A DNA stretch of 63,467 nucleotides, counting the filler, from Choristocarpus tenellus KU-1152 (Eukaryota; Protista; Phaeophyceae), in assembly GCA_964200185.2 (NCBI GenBank). It is 14 parts of 14 records of this genome, joined end to end, with 100 filler letters (N's around TTAATTAATTAA, not from the genome) between each part and the next. Parts side by side here need not be neighbours in the genome. Positions count along the whole stretch, not along the records: positions 46,123 to 51,710 come from CAXNAD020010327.1; positions 51,811 to 55,454 come from CAXNAD020018769.1; positions 55,555 to 58,984 come from CAXNAD020020079.1; positions 59,085 to 63,467 come from CAXNAD020014806.1; 10 more parts are not named here. One strand, written 5' to 3'. Of this stretch, positions 48,035-62,855 are shown piece by piece; the stretch's first letter is position 1, and the number at the start of each line of letters is the position of its first letter. Under the pieces are notes generated by a model. The model was not told where the DNA came from, did not search any database, and was given only the letters and a program-made list of their open reading frames with translations. A program made the position numbers and the translations under genes.

Positions 48035-51000
48035 TCAAACACTTGGGGGGTAGGCAGGGGGGGGGGGGGGGGGGGGGGGGGAAGGATGATTCGCAGGGGG
48101 GGGGGGGGGGGGGAGGCGGGCGGGGGAGAACAAAGAAAATTGGAGGAAAACGTAGTTAGATACAGGGAAGATAATCCGATAAGGGGGAAGCGGAGGTTGA
48201 CCAGGCAGTGGAGCATCAAACACCGGCGGCAGTGGAGGATTGGAGGTTGGTGGAAGAGGAGGGTCACTTCCAGGTGGCAACGGGGGAGGAACATACTGTG
48301 GAGCTGGAGGCCACTGGGGTGCAGTGCTGTTGCTCCCAGGAGGAAGAGGTGGTGGGATGTAACCTGTGATCCAGATAGTGTTAAGGGGGCGCATTGGGGT
48401 GGGGCACTTTTGGATGAATTCAGGGAAAATTACAAGTGATCAAGACCTATAATTGAAGACGATTGACACGACAGGGGGTGGGGCTAGGGGTGATTGCTGA
48501 ACAATTCAATGGTATCATCTATTGAGGTACTTGATAGTGAGCAGTGTCTATCACACACAATCCTAGCATGGGTTCAAAAACTGGGATACAAACTGGAAAA
48601 AAACTATCATGTTCCTTAGCCCTGTTCAACTTGAAGAGTAGCCCTAGGGTGGAAACATAGTAATGATCACATTGCAATCATGTGTGGCATCACAAAGAAA
48701 CTATCATGTTAAAGAGTCTCTTGTGCTTACCATGTCCAAGTAATGCAACCACAAGACTACCAACATTGGCATACACCCTCCAAATGTGACACAAATATCC
48801 TACATAGATTTTTTAAGGGCATTGCTTCCCTGAGCAAGTATCAATTTCCATGGCATTACGTAAGTTCCTTCTGGTGGAATGCACACACGCAGCAGTTCAG
48901 ACACCAAGAACAAACGACCTACACTAGTAGAGCTATGCATGCTGCACAAACCCTGCACATGCCAAAAAAAACATACTGTCCATCTCCCCCAAAAGATTTT
49001 ACACACACCAGAGGATTACATGAGTATCAAAAAGTGGATCACCAAGCACCTGACCTACAACAGCAAATACACCTCCCACTACTGCATGGGCTGTACCAAC
49101 ACCATTTGTACATCCCTCAGTAGAGCTTGAAGGAAGGATGGGAGGTTCAGAGGTTTAGGGGGGCTTCATACACATTGCAAGGACAGGAACATCACCTCCA
49201 AACTGTGGCATCGGCGGCATAGGTGGAGGAGCCTGGGACCAACTCCCCGGCAGAGGCATCGGCAAAGAAGATGAGAACTGCGGGGGTTGGGCAGAGTAAA
49301 TTGGTGCAGGCAGCGCAGGCACAGAAGGTGGAGGGAGGGAGAAATCATACCCCCCAGACCCCGGTGCTTGCGCAGGCGCAGGCACAGGCACAGGCGCAGG
49401 CGCAGGTGCAGACGTGGGCACCAGCGCTGGCGCTGGTGCAGCTGCTGGTGGCGCAGGAGTGGAAACCGCCAGTGGCGGCACAGATGGTGGTGCTCCTGTG
49501 TTCGTGGACACAGCCCCCTGGAGGGGAGGGGGAGGCGGTGGGGGGCGGAGGGGCATGCCGTACGCTCCCTGTTGCTGCAGCAAGGGCGGTTGCTGGTAAG
49601 GGACCTGTGGCATCGGTACTGGCGGAGGGTACATTGGTTGCATTGGGGGCGGTGGCATCATCATGGGCACAGGCATAGGTGCCGGATAGCCCTGGTGGGG
49701 CAACTGCTGCAGAGGCTGCTGTGGCTGCTGAGGGAGGGACTGAACTGGTTGTGGCTTTGGTGGGGTCCAAACCACATGTGTGACAATCGGGGCCTTGGTA
49801 CCCGGAGCGGATGAGGTTGGGACTTGTGGGGCTGGGGTACCAGTGCTGACTCCGGTACTAGTGCTAGTCCCCATCGCAGTGGAACCACTTGCACCCCCAG
49901 CCTCAGTGCCAGTCGCTTCTTTGTCTCCAAGTTCGGCCATGAAGTTGAGGTACTCCTTGTCCAGGGATGCCTCATGGTTGGGGTCGTTATCATCCTTCTG
50001 CTGCTTAAGGCGACAGTCACGAGTGGGGTGGGAGGTGTCGCCACAGATGGCACACCTCACATCCACTGCCGATGATCGCTGCTGAGCGCGCTTTGGACAT
50101 TCAAATTGGCGGTGACCCTTCTCCCCACAAATGTGGCAGTAGTCCTCTTCCCTAAAACGTTCATCAAAGTCGTGAGTCGGAAAAAAGTGAAATGGGAGGT
50201 GAACAAAAAGAAAAATCAAAGTAACACAATACCAAAATATTACTACAACTGACTAAGCAAATCTCCCCAGCAAACTCCCCTGAGGGATATCAGCGGTTAC
50301 ATTGTCAAAAGCTTACAATACTTTCTAGTCATTTTGTGGAAAGAGGTTGGGGGGGTAGGGGGATCAAGACAGACACTCCTTCTCTTCATTTAAGTAATAA
50401 AAGGCATTACCCTAAAGTTCCTAGTTCCCATTACTCACACTCATAACCAAACACTGCTGAACCTCCATTTGCTTACCCCAAGACATGACTCATGCCTAGA
50501 TCTCCCCTCCTCAACCCCCTCACCCTAATCTAAACTCTAGTCTCTCCCATTGCCCTCAACACCCTTACCCTGAATACATCCCACCCACCGCACAGTCATA
50601 GCAACAAGAACAACAGCCTACCTGAGGGTACCATTGATGAGTGCCAATTCCCTGAGTTGCTTCTGCTTGTGTTCATTCTGCTCATCATCCAAGGGACGCA
50701 GTAATGAACCCACCTCCTTGGCTGCCTATTTGAGAAATGGCAGTTTGATGCATTGATTGAGAAAACTGGGGGCAAGTGACCTTACACAGGCACGAGGGGT
50801 GGGGCGAGTATAATGATTGCAAAACAAAAAATATGGGGTATTCAAGAATGAATCTTTGTATCTCGAGAATGGATCTGTACCTTTGCTGGAATACACTCAC
50901 CCATGTCTGTTGTGCTCACTGCAATTTGACACAAAAACTAAGGACCATGGAATCTCTGAAGGAAGCCCCCCACATAAAAAAAAAACTTGTTAATGTAAAC

Positions 51001-51435
51001 AATCTTCATTTGAAACACAAGCCGTTCAAAGTGCTGCAAATCACGGCACACTATCAAATGGAAAAACAAAACGATCAATCCTCCATACTGGACCTCATGC
51101 AACACCTCATCCTGCAGGCATCAACTTGCTCTGAAAGCTTCAAGCTCCTGTAACATACACACACAACACAACCCAACAATGAAGTATGCAGGACAGAAAA
51201 AAAAACACTCAACAACCATTTAAATGAAACACACCATATGAACAAAAACTGACCTTCTCAACCTGCTCTTCCGTCTCCCCTGTAATGTGCACGTGAAGCT
51301 CATCATCCTCATCTGCTTGTCTAGGCCCCCTCCTGGCACCCTCCTTAACACTCCCCTTCCCCCGGATAGCAATCTTGCAGTCTGTCTCTCGCTCCATGCG
51401 CTTCTGAGTGTTGCCCCTGGGCCCAATAATCAGTC
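48035..51435 (-). CDS. SF1: Splicing factor 1 / branchpoint-bridging protein (KH-QUA2, two zinc knuckles, Pro-rich tail), 5' truncated
   Basis: Exons 51435-51254 ([33 protein letters not shown]...ELHVHIT), 50725-50622 ([19 protein letters not shown]), 50151-49196 ([41 protein letters not shown]) and 48363 onward (Pro-rich). The stop position is uncertain because of poly-G tracts. Confidence 0.95.
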
Positions 51436-51869
51436 CTGCAATGTGTGTGTGTGTGTGTTGATGTGTGTGCATGTGGTGTTTCATGGAGTTGAAAGTTGGG
51501 TAAAAGGCAGAGAGGGGTACGTCAGAGAGGGTATAATCACCCACCAATTCCACTTCCATTAATACTCAAGCGAACAATCAAAATTGTTGCACGGTCAGGG
51601 TTTAAAGAGGTGAACAACATTTGACAGGAGATTGCCCAACCATGTTGGCAAACAGATACCAAAGTTGGCAAGGTTTGGGGTGTGTGGGGGGGGAGGGGGG
51701 GGGGGAACAGNNNNNNNNNNNNNNNNNNNNNNNNNNNNNNNNNNNNNNNNNNNNTTAATTAATTAANNNNNNNNNNNNNNNNNNNNNNNNNNNNNNNNNN
51801 NNNNNNNNNNCAAATGGACACCCTAGTATAGACCCCCCCCGCCCCTGCCAGATACTTTGAGCCTCGAAG

Positions 51870-53380
51870 GGATCCGTATTGTGAAGATTGGTTTTGTGCC
51901 ATCTTCATCTAATCGTTAGTTCGTCTTACTAAGAAATGTATCAGTAAGAACATTGCTAAAGAATGGGGAATGGACCAGGATGTGGCATTTTTCAAAGTAC
52001 AACAACTACCATCTGTAGCTCCGATTCTCGTATTTCCAGATTTTTACCAATGAGTTCGTCCATATTGATACCAGTTAGGTTCGTACTTGAGGTTTATTTG
52101 CACAACATCGATCAGGCAATCCTTGTGACCTGGTATCATTGCTTACTTCAGCAAGAAATTTAATGAAGTTCAACGTCACTATTCAGCTACATTAAGAGAG
52201 CACTACGCAGTCGTTATCACTATCGCACATTGGCGACAATATCTCTGGGGTAAACACTTGAACTGCATTACAGATCATGCCCCGCATTGTGTCACTTATA
52301 TAGGATGCAGGATGCCATTAATATGCTTACTCGTTGGGCTATCGCACATCAAGGTTGTGATTTCACTGTCAAACGCAAGCCTGGTAAGCTAAATGTTACG
52401 CATCACACTCTATCTTGTATTGTCAATTCGAGGAACAGAAGAAAACCGTTGCTGCGATGCTGGCAGCAATATGCCGTATTGCACCCAGTGGTAATCGTTC
52501 ATTTCTCACACGTGTATTTAAAAGGAATACTGGAAGTATGAGTTATCTACTTCCAACCTTGACCAAGGAATGGCCAGTCCAAAGTGATCGCGAACTTATA
52601 TTATAGCTCCACTACTGCATTCCCTACAGATGGACCCGGAGAAATTGCGCAAGCAACAGGAGTCCGAATTTGGACCATTCTTCAGCTATTAATAGTCCCC
52701 CAGTGTTACCCCACCACCTGATAAGGAATCGTCGACGTCTATGTCGTATTTTTTCCTTCGTAACGGCTTTCGGTACGGTTTGTATTTACCATATAATTTT
52801 TCGGAAGAGGACCCCGGTTAGAAAGACCAGTTGATCGTTCCTCGCTTGTTCGTTCCTCTTTTTTCCATGTTAAAGTTCTAGTTCTTAGGTCCTACGAGAG
52901 TACTGATGGTTCGAATACGAAATTACTGCATACTTGGAGGGGTCTATATGAAGTACATTCTAAGGTATCGCCCATTGTGTCTAGGGTCGTATCACCTGGA
53001 ATCGAACGTCCAGTTTCTGTTCATTTGGGTAGAGTGAAACGTTACTATTCACAAGTTCAGCCTCCCATACCACACTTAACGAAATTGACTATTTGTTTCT
53101 GGGAAAACCGTTACCATCGCCGGATATAGACCATCAATTATCTCAACCCGTTATTGCCTGGTATACTATTGATAGTATTATTGGACATAGATCTGGTCCA
53201 GTTCGTCGTTTGTCCCTAAATGTTATCTATCACCTTCGTCTCTGTGGCACTGGACACAGTTCTGACCTTCTCAGAAGAAGAGCAGAACAAATCGAACAAT
53301 TCCGTGAAATAAGTGCCGCCCATCGTGCAGTAAATGGATTGGATAATCACTATCTTTCTCCTCCTGAACAGTCTTGAGTT
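51870..53380 (+). mobile_element. Decayed Ty3/gypsy pol (RT-RNase H, integrase remnants, chromodomain-like end)
   Basis: About 52180-52420 reads ...HWRQYLWG...ITDH.P...MQDAINMLTRWAIAHQGCDFTVKRKPGKLNV (gypsy RNase H). About 53160-53250 reads YTIDSIIGHR...YHLRL (chromodomain-like). Many stops and frameshifts. Confidence 0.75.
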
Positions 53381-54026
53381 GAGAATTTTATTAAGGTGTA
53401 TTATCCTCCTTTCCACACTCAATGTATCTTCCATTGCCGAATAGCATGACAATGTATCACATCTGTAACAACAGTAAACAAAAACATTGGATCATTGTTA
53501 CTGCTTTCTGCTAACCTTACTCACGACCTGTCTGTTGTTAAAACATAGGCTACTCATTTGATTTATTTTGATACGATACAGTATTATATTATTCTGTATC
53601 ATCAGTCCATACTGAATGTTGATTTGTCCATTGTAATGGTCGCTATTCTCACTTACCTCATTAGGTCCTCATCACAACACCATCCATCACCTTACAGACG
53701 ATATGTCTTGATGGCGGTTTCATAAACACCATTATGACCTTGAAGTCCTAGACTTGATATATTTGCCCCCCCCCCGGGGCACAGGAGTAGTAGGTAGATG
53801 GGAAGCACAGGAAGACAGTAGTACAATATTGATAGTGGTGAAGTAACTGATAGATTAGTGGTTTTCACACTTACAGCGCTTTATAGTGTTCTCACGTTTA
53901 GGATATTTCATTTCTTTAGGGCTTATACTGACATAAGTATAGTTTTCATTTGTTTTCCCCCTGAAACATCTGCAAAATGCCAAAGGGCATAATAATACAA
54001 ATATTTTTGTACTTCTTGACTATTTA

Positions 54027-55454
54027 TTATTTAGTTATTATCATACCCCCAATTGGTATATCAGTGCCTGTTCCTTTTATACGATGATATTGATGATAAT
54101 CCAAGTGAGAGATCCAGCATACTTGACGACTTGTGCATCAGGAGTCCTATACGTGCATCAGTATCATCCATAGATAGGCCTATAGATTGGAGGTATACAT
54201 CCTGGGGAGGTAATCTTCTGGATCGTGCTGTAACATACCATGTGTCGCACCAGTTCCCTCATACATTGATTCAAGTTTGTCTTCTTCTTCTTCACACAAT
54301 AAGTTGTCAGTTTCATATCATGTGTTGATTATTATTTTTCTTGACTGGCATTCCCCGCCATAATTCATCATGCTCACTCTACAATGCGTGTACCAGGCAC
54401 ATGTCCGGATGCAATATAAACAGAGTTAAAAACATCCTCCGAAACCCTCCTCAGCCAAGATAACAAGCCTCTCCACAGAGAATGCATTTCTTCATTTGAG
54501 CGTCTCAATTAAGCATCACACGTTCCACACCAACCATTGTCTGATTGAGTAAAATATGTCATGAGACCTACCAGAACGAATTCACTGGTGCTTTATTCTA
54601 CTATGGCACTTTTCGCTAAATGTGCTGATCACAACATAACCAAGCACACTTTCACATGAACCATTTGTCTGACTGAGTAGAACATGTTACCATACCTATC
54701 AAAACAAATCAGTGCATTGTTGCACTATGACATCCTTCGCCACAAACTAAAAAGCACAACAATGCGTAACACATACGAACTAAGGTTTCAGTTCTGTCTT
54801 GGTCGAGATCTCGTGTTACCCAGTATAATCCCTTACATAGGTTGACCATCTCGTTAGGCAATTGCAGACATATTTCCATAGTTGGGTACAGCAGTGCAAC
54901 ATACAACTATAGGAAATTCTGTACGAATATGAATCGTGTGATTCTGTGACAGCGTGGTTCACTCAGACAAGGGTGGTGAAGAGAATCACTGGGCAAGACG
55001 GGCCAGACAGGCCAAGACGGACCAGACAGTCGAAGACGAACCTTAACCAAGAGGACGAGGTTAAGGTTGGACATATGTGCAAGACTGGAAGGACTTCCAC
55101 AGAACTGCAAAGACTGAGTGACTGAGGAGGTTGTGAGAAAGGATAATCAGAAATACCAAGACGTGAGAACAATGTGAATCTTTCTTGTTCGACAACTATC
55201 AATGAAGAACTGTCCCACATCTGTGAAACTGGTCTCTTGAAGAGGTGGTACAGCGTGCTCTAGAAGCTTACATCCACAGGATGTATACCTCCAATCCACA
55301 GGCCTATAGATGATACTGATTCATGTATAGGACTCCTGATACACAAGTCGTCAATATGCTGGATCTCTCACTTGGATTATCATCAATACCGTCGTATAAA
55401 AAGGAACTGGTCTACAATGTCGTATCACAATTGGGGATCATAATGACCAAATAA
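54027..55454. mobile_element. Long-TIR (~180 bp arms) non-autonomous DNA element, foldback/Mutator-like, right end cut by contig end
   Basis: 54027-54205 is the reverse complement of 55277-55454 (GATGATAATCCAAGTGAGAGATCCAGCATA versus TATGCTGGATCTCTCACTTGGATTATCATC; TTGGAGGTATACATCCTG versus CAGGATGTATACCTCCAA). Confidence 0.8.
54945..55105. repeat. Dispersed repeat (LTR-like), second copy at ~62856-62990
   Basis: Shared GTTCACTCAG.CAAGGGTGGTGAAGAGAATC...AACCAAGAGGACGAGGTTAAGGTTGGACA; both copies begin ATTC|TGTG. Confidence 0.75.
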
Positions 55455-55554
55455 NNNNNNNNNNNNNNNNNNNNNNNNNNNNNNNNNNNNNNNNNNNNTT
55501 AATTAATTAANNNNNNNNNNNNNNNNNNNNNNNNNNNNNNNNNNNNNNNNNNNN

Positions 55555-55686
55555 TGAAAAGGTGTGTCCGCGACAAGGATATTGACACTTCCTAAAAAAC
55601 ATGACAGCCAAAATTATATCAAAATCGCAACACTGGATTTTGGCCCCCAAATGGACACGGCTCTACCCTCTAAGATACTTTGACTC
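55555..55686 (-). mobile_element. MITE, type A partial copy at contig start
   Basis: Matches 5310-5442; ends TACCCTCTAAGATACTTTGACTC. Confidence 0.88.
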
Positions 55687-57861
55687 ACCTCGAAGCATAA
55701 CATAGCTCTCATATTCTTCTAGGCAGGAGAGCGCAGGTGTCCAATCTATTATACTTCTCAAGCGAAATTGGATCGTCGAAATTATATTTCGGTGAGAAGA
55801 AGTCTGGCGTTGAAGGGGTTTGAACATGGAATGATTATGCAAGGGAGCACACCATACAGTTTCCTCCCTCTCATATACTTGTGGAGAGTCAATTATTAAA
55901 ATGTTCCTTCTGGTTTACCTGCTGTTCACAATTTGTGACCAATTGGACGATGCGGCGAGGGACTGAGCAGTCTACCGAACACAGTAAAGGATCAGTGCTG
56001 TACCGTGTCTCCCTTAGTGTCACCCTAGGACACACAAAGTGTGATCTTGTTCATTGCGTGCAACAATAGCATGTGTAAACATATGTCATTCAAACCAGCT
56101 CAAGTGTTTATTTAGAGTAGAGAGAACGAAAGGTTGAGACATACATACATGAAGAGACTTGTAGAGGAAGGACAGATTAGAGTTCCACATGTGCACTTTC
56201 CCATCCATGGAGAGGTGTTGTGTGTCACTCCGTTCTCACTTACCCAGGAGCACAACAGCATGCAGCATTGTAGGTTCCTACCTCAATGTATTTATTTGTC
56301 GGATGGGAGATTTAGATGGGTTGTTGAGCATGATGTGTTACTGCTCTGAAGAATACGTTCTTAGGTTAAGCGCTGAAAAATCTGAACAGATCGGGATGAG
56401 AGGAAGGCATATTACTATTGTAAAAATTGCCGCTTGGGGTACGCAGAAGTGTGTACTCAGGCAAGCAGGCATTCTGAGCACTTTGGTATCTGTGAAATTT
56501 CTCACATTATGGTGCTTTGCCGTGAGCTTCAGGTTTCACCCATTGTGGGGGAGTGTTGTTGAAATTGGTACATTTGGGGCACAGCAAGGTCATTCATGCA
56601 GACCACAGAAATTGATAGGTGGAGCTTCAGTAGCAAAGGATGTATTGCCAGTTGGAATAATGTCAGGTTTGAATTCCCTTCCTTTACACCGTATTGCAGC
56701 TGTACGTACACTTCATGCCTACTGCAATTGGCACTGTGTTATCATAAGGTTGTGCTTTTTGGATTTATTCCCTTTTCATATCAGAAGAAGCATCAAGTGA
56801 TCTATTCCATCTGAATAACTCTGAAATAATGTATCTGCCATGTTGATTGCACAGGCAGAGTAAAACAGATGCGTTGCCACGAAGGCACACTCTGTCCCTT
56901 GTTTGTTTCAACCGTTGTTGTCCATACTATACTATGTGCTATATGCAGCAAATGAGCGTTAACCTCTTCTATATTTTCACTCTCCATAACGTGCAATGAA
57001 TGGGATCGGTTTCGATGTAGCAATTATACGACTTTGAAGTGTTAGTCACCCAGCCGTTCTTGCAGTATGTCTTTGTGACTCAACAACTATTAATATCAAG
57101 AAGATCGACTGTCCACCTGAGTGTCATTCTCTACCATGTGTTGCTACTTAACGCTGAATTTTGCTTTTCTTTTCTGTCTCATTTCAAATCATTAGTCGCA
57201 CACAAAATATCGTCAATATAATGTATGTAGTTACACACACATCAATAATGATCTCGTCAGTTGATTCGAGGATTTCTATCCTAATAGCGTAAACGATCAT
57301 GACCTGATAAGATGGAGTGTATTAATTTACCAACTTGGTATGGTTAGAACTACGCCATGAACACACTACTACTTCTACTACCATCATCTCAACAACGATG
57401 TTCATTTTCTCAATCCTCAATGATGTGGTTTTCTTTTCATTTGGTGTGTCTCTATATTTTTCCTTTTGTTTTTTTGAGGTATCCATTCCCAATTTCTTTT
57501 CGCTTGTAGTGATGTTCTATGGGTGACAGCATTTGTTTTTTATTTGTCAGTGGGATTTGAAACCCCTAGAGCTGCGGGTGAGGCGCGCGAGAGCGCGGAA
57601 ATAAGTTTTCTTTTATATTTGTCAGTATTTATAGTCTCGTTTCTTCATCAAAAGAGAGAGGGGAGGGCGAAAGGGGAAGCCTTTCGAGGGGTCAGACACC
57701 AACAATAGAAGACGCTACCAACGGAATTTGACTACTTGTCACATCGCTCTCGTGCTGTGGTGGGGGGGGGGTCACACGGGGGGATCTCTAGTCACAGAGT
57801 CTTCGTGATTTGGTGGTATATCGAAAGACTTCTGGTTTGGGGTTTGGGGGTGCTGAAGTAG

Positions 57862-58961
<1,100 letters not shown>

Positions 58962-60202
58962 GTGAGTACCTGTCCAGCCCCCCCNNNNNNNNNNNNNNNN
59001 NNNNNNNNNNNNNNNNNNNNNNNNNNNNTTAATTAATTAANNNNNNNNNNNNNNNNNNNNNNNNNNNNNNNNNNNNNNNNNNNNACATATATATTAGCCA
59101 CGAATTAAGCGGTAGAGGCGGCACCAAAGCTGCTGATGTATGTGTACACACTTCCAAGTACACGTTTTGGGGTTGAGTGACGCACTATTTCAGGTTTCCT
59201 ACACGCATGTGGTTTGTATAAGAGTACTTGAAATGCTACTGTAGTTTGGTTTGTAGAGATATGGAGGCTTTCAAAGTTTAGCTGAGTGGTGAGCTAGGTT
59301 TTTTTGAGTTGGGAATGAGTTCTGAGGTAGGGTACCCTCCTTGGGTCGGGTGGTGGTATCTGCGTCTTCGTGTGTTATTGATGGGTGTTTGGGATTGTGC
59401 TTTGGTTCTTGGTGTGCTAGTGTGAGTGGATGGATGGATGCCCCTGGATGCCCTTTTTGTCTGTGTTTATATTTGAGCTTTTACCGCAGGTCTGAGCATC
59501 ATCAAACTAAATGCGCACTATTATTCAATAAACAATCAGTCAGTCAACATGGGCATAGCCGTACATACATCTATACTCATATAGCCAGTGTGTAGCTGTG
59601 TATGTGATGCAGTTGCTATGGTTTAGATCTTTGTATTGACACCTGAACCTTGTTGTGGTACAATCCAAGATTGTATTGGAGTCGGTTCTATCACATTTTG
59701 AATCTGAAGTAGCCAATCAGAAGTTTGCGTTGAGTTAAATGCGAAGGCAATGAACAATACTTAGGAAGTTTTCTCTCGATGCTTGAGTAGTGTAGTACCT
59801 GTACTTGCTTACTTTTTATGTGACGCACACATCACACATACATTTGTGTCAATGAAGTGGATGGACACCCTCTTTACCGCCCCTACCCACCCTGTCTGCA
59901 GAATAGACAGGGTTAGGGTTTATCCGACCCTGCGGTATGACCTCTTTGTATATATATACCGTGGACAGTGTATGACATACCGCTTAAACTGTTATCTGTA
60001 CATGTTATAGCGTTTTACCTCTCTGTCGACACACATTTTCTAGTTGGAGGAAATCGGGAATTTGGTTGGTTTGGTCAGTGGCCTGCCCCGCCCTGCCGCC
60101 CCCCCCCAAAAAACAAAAACAAAAACAAAACATGTTCTGTTTTTAATGCCGCTGACCCTCCCTCTTTCTTTATGCCTTAATAAATGTGATGGTACTTTGC
60201 AG

Positions 60203-61533
60203 GTCACCTGGAGAGGCAGGACCAATCCGAACACAGGCAAGCTGTGAAATTTCATGAGTTTAGAGTGTGGTGTGTGTGGTGCTCTGTGGAAGTATCTGGT
60301 ACGTGCTTTGGTACACAGGGTGGTCGTATTGCCACTCGTCAGTTTCTCGTATTGCCACTCTTGGGGGTTATTTTCGGTCCTTCCACTTCTGTCAGTCTCC
60401 ATGGCGCACACACACCTTTGAGAACAACGGTATTTATTGGTACCTTTTTGTGTATGTGTGTGATGCGCTTGTTGATTGGTTGAGGTTTGGTTGAGGTTTG
60501 GTTGAGGTACTCTGAGGCGTTGTATCGAGTAGTTTCCGGTGTGCGTGATACCATTGTCCAAGTGAGGCACTGCAAGAGTTGGTTGAATCGAAAAATGGTC
60601 AGAAGATAGGTGTGTGATGAGTATTCTTATTCTACAAACATTTTCTATGCAACCTTTCTTTGTTGTGTTCATACCACTAGTCCTTGTACATATCGTTCAA
60701 CTTGATAGTGTGTACTATTGTGTTGTATTGTATTTCCCCCCTCCTCAGATCCCTCCCCCAATGGACCGCCCAGCAGCTAGCCTTGTGAAGGACCAACTGG
60801 TCTATGACACATATGGGGCACCTCCACCAGGTCTTGCAAGGGACCCATCTCAGCAACCTCAGGTGGGGGTGGGGGTGGGGGTGGGGTTGGTGATAGTGTT
60901 GATGTTTATGAATGTGTGCCTGGTGTGGATGGTTTGTATTCACAATGGGCTATTACTTTCGTTGTGTATACTTATCTCATCTTGGAAGGAGAGTGGGATG
61001 TATTCGAGGAACTTACAGGTGTGTGTGTGTGTGTGTGTGTTTAAAAGTGAGAAAATTAAATGATATCTAAAGTTTGCTGTTCCTCAATTTGGTCCATACT
61101 AACTGTTTTGGGGATTATTGCTCGAAGAAAACTTCCTTTTGCCCTCCTGTTTGTTGTGGTACTTTTGAGTCCCCTTCTGCTAAATGATGTACTGGTTTTT
61201 ATTTGGTACACATCAGCGGCTACACTCCTGACCTGTTTCACTGAAATATTGAATTGTGTTGTAGTACTAGTTTCCGATATATACTGTGTGCAATTGGCAG
61301 GAAATTGCGGAGCAAGTGAATCATTGATTCAAATGCCAGTTTGACATAGTACCGAAAACTTGGGACAAGATTCCCCGCGTTTGCCTCCATGTCATCAGAG
61401 CACCCATCGACCAACCCTACCTGTTTTATGCTGTTCTGCTTGGAACCACTCCCTTCAGTCTGGTGTTAGCACAAGCCCGCCGAAGAAGAGGGGTATCTTT
61501 GGCTTCCTGAAACGCGTCTTGTTGGGACGGTGA
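60203..61533 (+). CDS. 3' exons of an unidentified protein ending in a basic amphipathic tail
   Basis: Exons 60203-60236 (GC donor), 60749-60862 and 61459-61533 join as SPGEAGPIRTQ|IPPPMDRPAASLVKDQLVYDTYGAPPPGLARDPSQQPQ|SGVSTSPPKKRGIFGFLKRVLLGR*. Confidence 0.55.
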
Positions 61534-62855
61534 TGATAAGATCTGAGGATGAAGTGATACCTTGGCATGATATCGTGAGCCAGAGTGCATTTCCAAGGCT
61601 ACACACGGCAGGCAGTCAAGTGCTTCAAATCAGAAGAGAGCAAACTATGTGAAAACAGGCTCGAATGCAGAGGATGAAGTCATTGTCCTCCTTGTTGGAC
61701 ATGATTGATGACTCTAGTAGGTGTTCGTATAGTAGCTCTGCTAGTACATGTACGTTACACAGGTAGAGTGGTTGATTTGCTATTGGTTGTTGTGAAGTCA
61801 AGACAGCTGGCAGCATGTCTGTTCTTGTGGTGGGTGGGCAGGGTACTTCCTTGTGTCCGTACTGATGATGTGTAGGACTATCATGCCAAGCAAGACTTTA
61901 GAACGTGTTTTTGAGGAGGTGTGCTCCTTTCCTGTGGAGCGTATTGATAGCTATCTTTTTAGCATAGGTAGGATTGAGCATATCCTTGGCCCGGGATGTT
62001 GCTAGAAGAAGTTGTTGTTCCGCCAGTTGTTCACCCATCATTAATACCCCTACAAGTTGATCGATTTATTGACCCTCAGCATGTATGCGTAAGTGGACAT
62101 GAGCAGACTATTGAAACCAGTGTGTGGCTGATTGTTTGTCGCTAGCGCCGCTGTGTTTTGGTTACATCAATGTGTGTGCTGCAGGCATGATGTGAAGTAC
62201 CTTGAAGTACGTTTTTTTCTGTAGGAAGACAATCATGTTGGGTGCTGTCAGGTGGTAGAGAGTCGTGTGCTTCAAGACGGGCAATGTGCTGGGGGATGCT
62301 CTGTGTGGTAGGGAAATTGAAGTCAAGAGCTGGTGGTTGTATTGTCATTGATCCCTTGTGGAAAATTGCTTGCTTGTGTCTATCCCCACTGCTCCACCAG
62401 CTGTGCGTGAGTACAGCAAGTATTAGTGCCCACACCTCTTTTGTTGCAAGCCCACTTCAGTTTAGTTTCCTGCTTTTAGTGCAGCTGTTGGTAGGATCCT
62501 CCCTTGTTATTAATAGAGTGGTTAATCAGGGAGAGTGAAAAAGAAAACATAAGATGTCATTTATAATGCTTGGTTAGTCTGGGATTCACACATAGGGAAG
62601 GTGGAAGTAGAGTGACAGTGAATATGTTTATTATTCACGATATCAGATGCACCAACATGCACGTGTTACGCCTACCCATGTGGGTTCATGCTTCTGTCTT
62701 CCACGCCTCTTGTGACAGGACAAGTCCAACACGAGGCACTAAAGTTGCATATTTTAACCCACCTCACCAGGCAACAACTTGTCCTAAAAAGGAGGCACAC
62801 CCACCCATATGTAGAGAAGTGAATTGAAACCAAATAGGTATGAATTGGGTAATTC

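Noticed and set aside
49223-50085. Plus-strand Arg/Trp/Ala-rich ORFs
   Set aside because: Antisense shadows of the Pro-rich SF1 exon.
55700-57300. 203-aa ORF 56189..56800 and neighbouring ORFs as genes
   Set aside because: No recognisable motifs or convincing splice pattern; probably old transposon debris.
61620-62560. Possible hAT dimerisation-domain remnant (TSSSAFEPVF, minus strand)
   Set aside because: One weak motif among stop codons; not supportable without a profile search.
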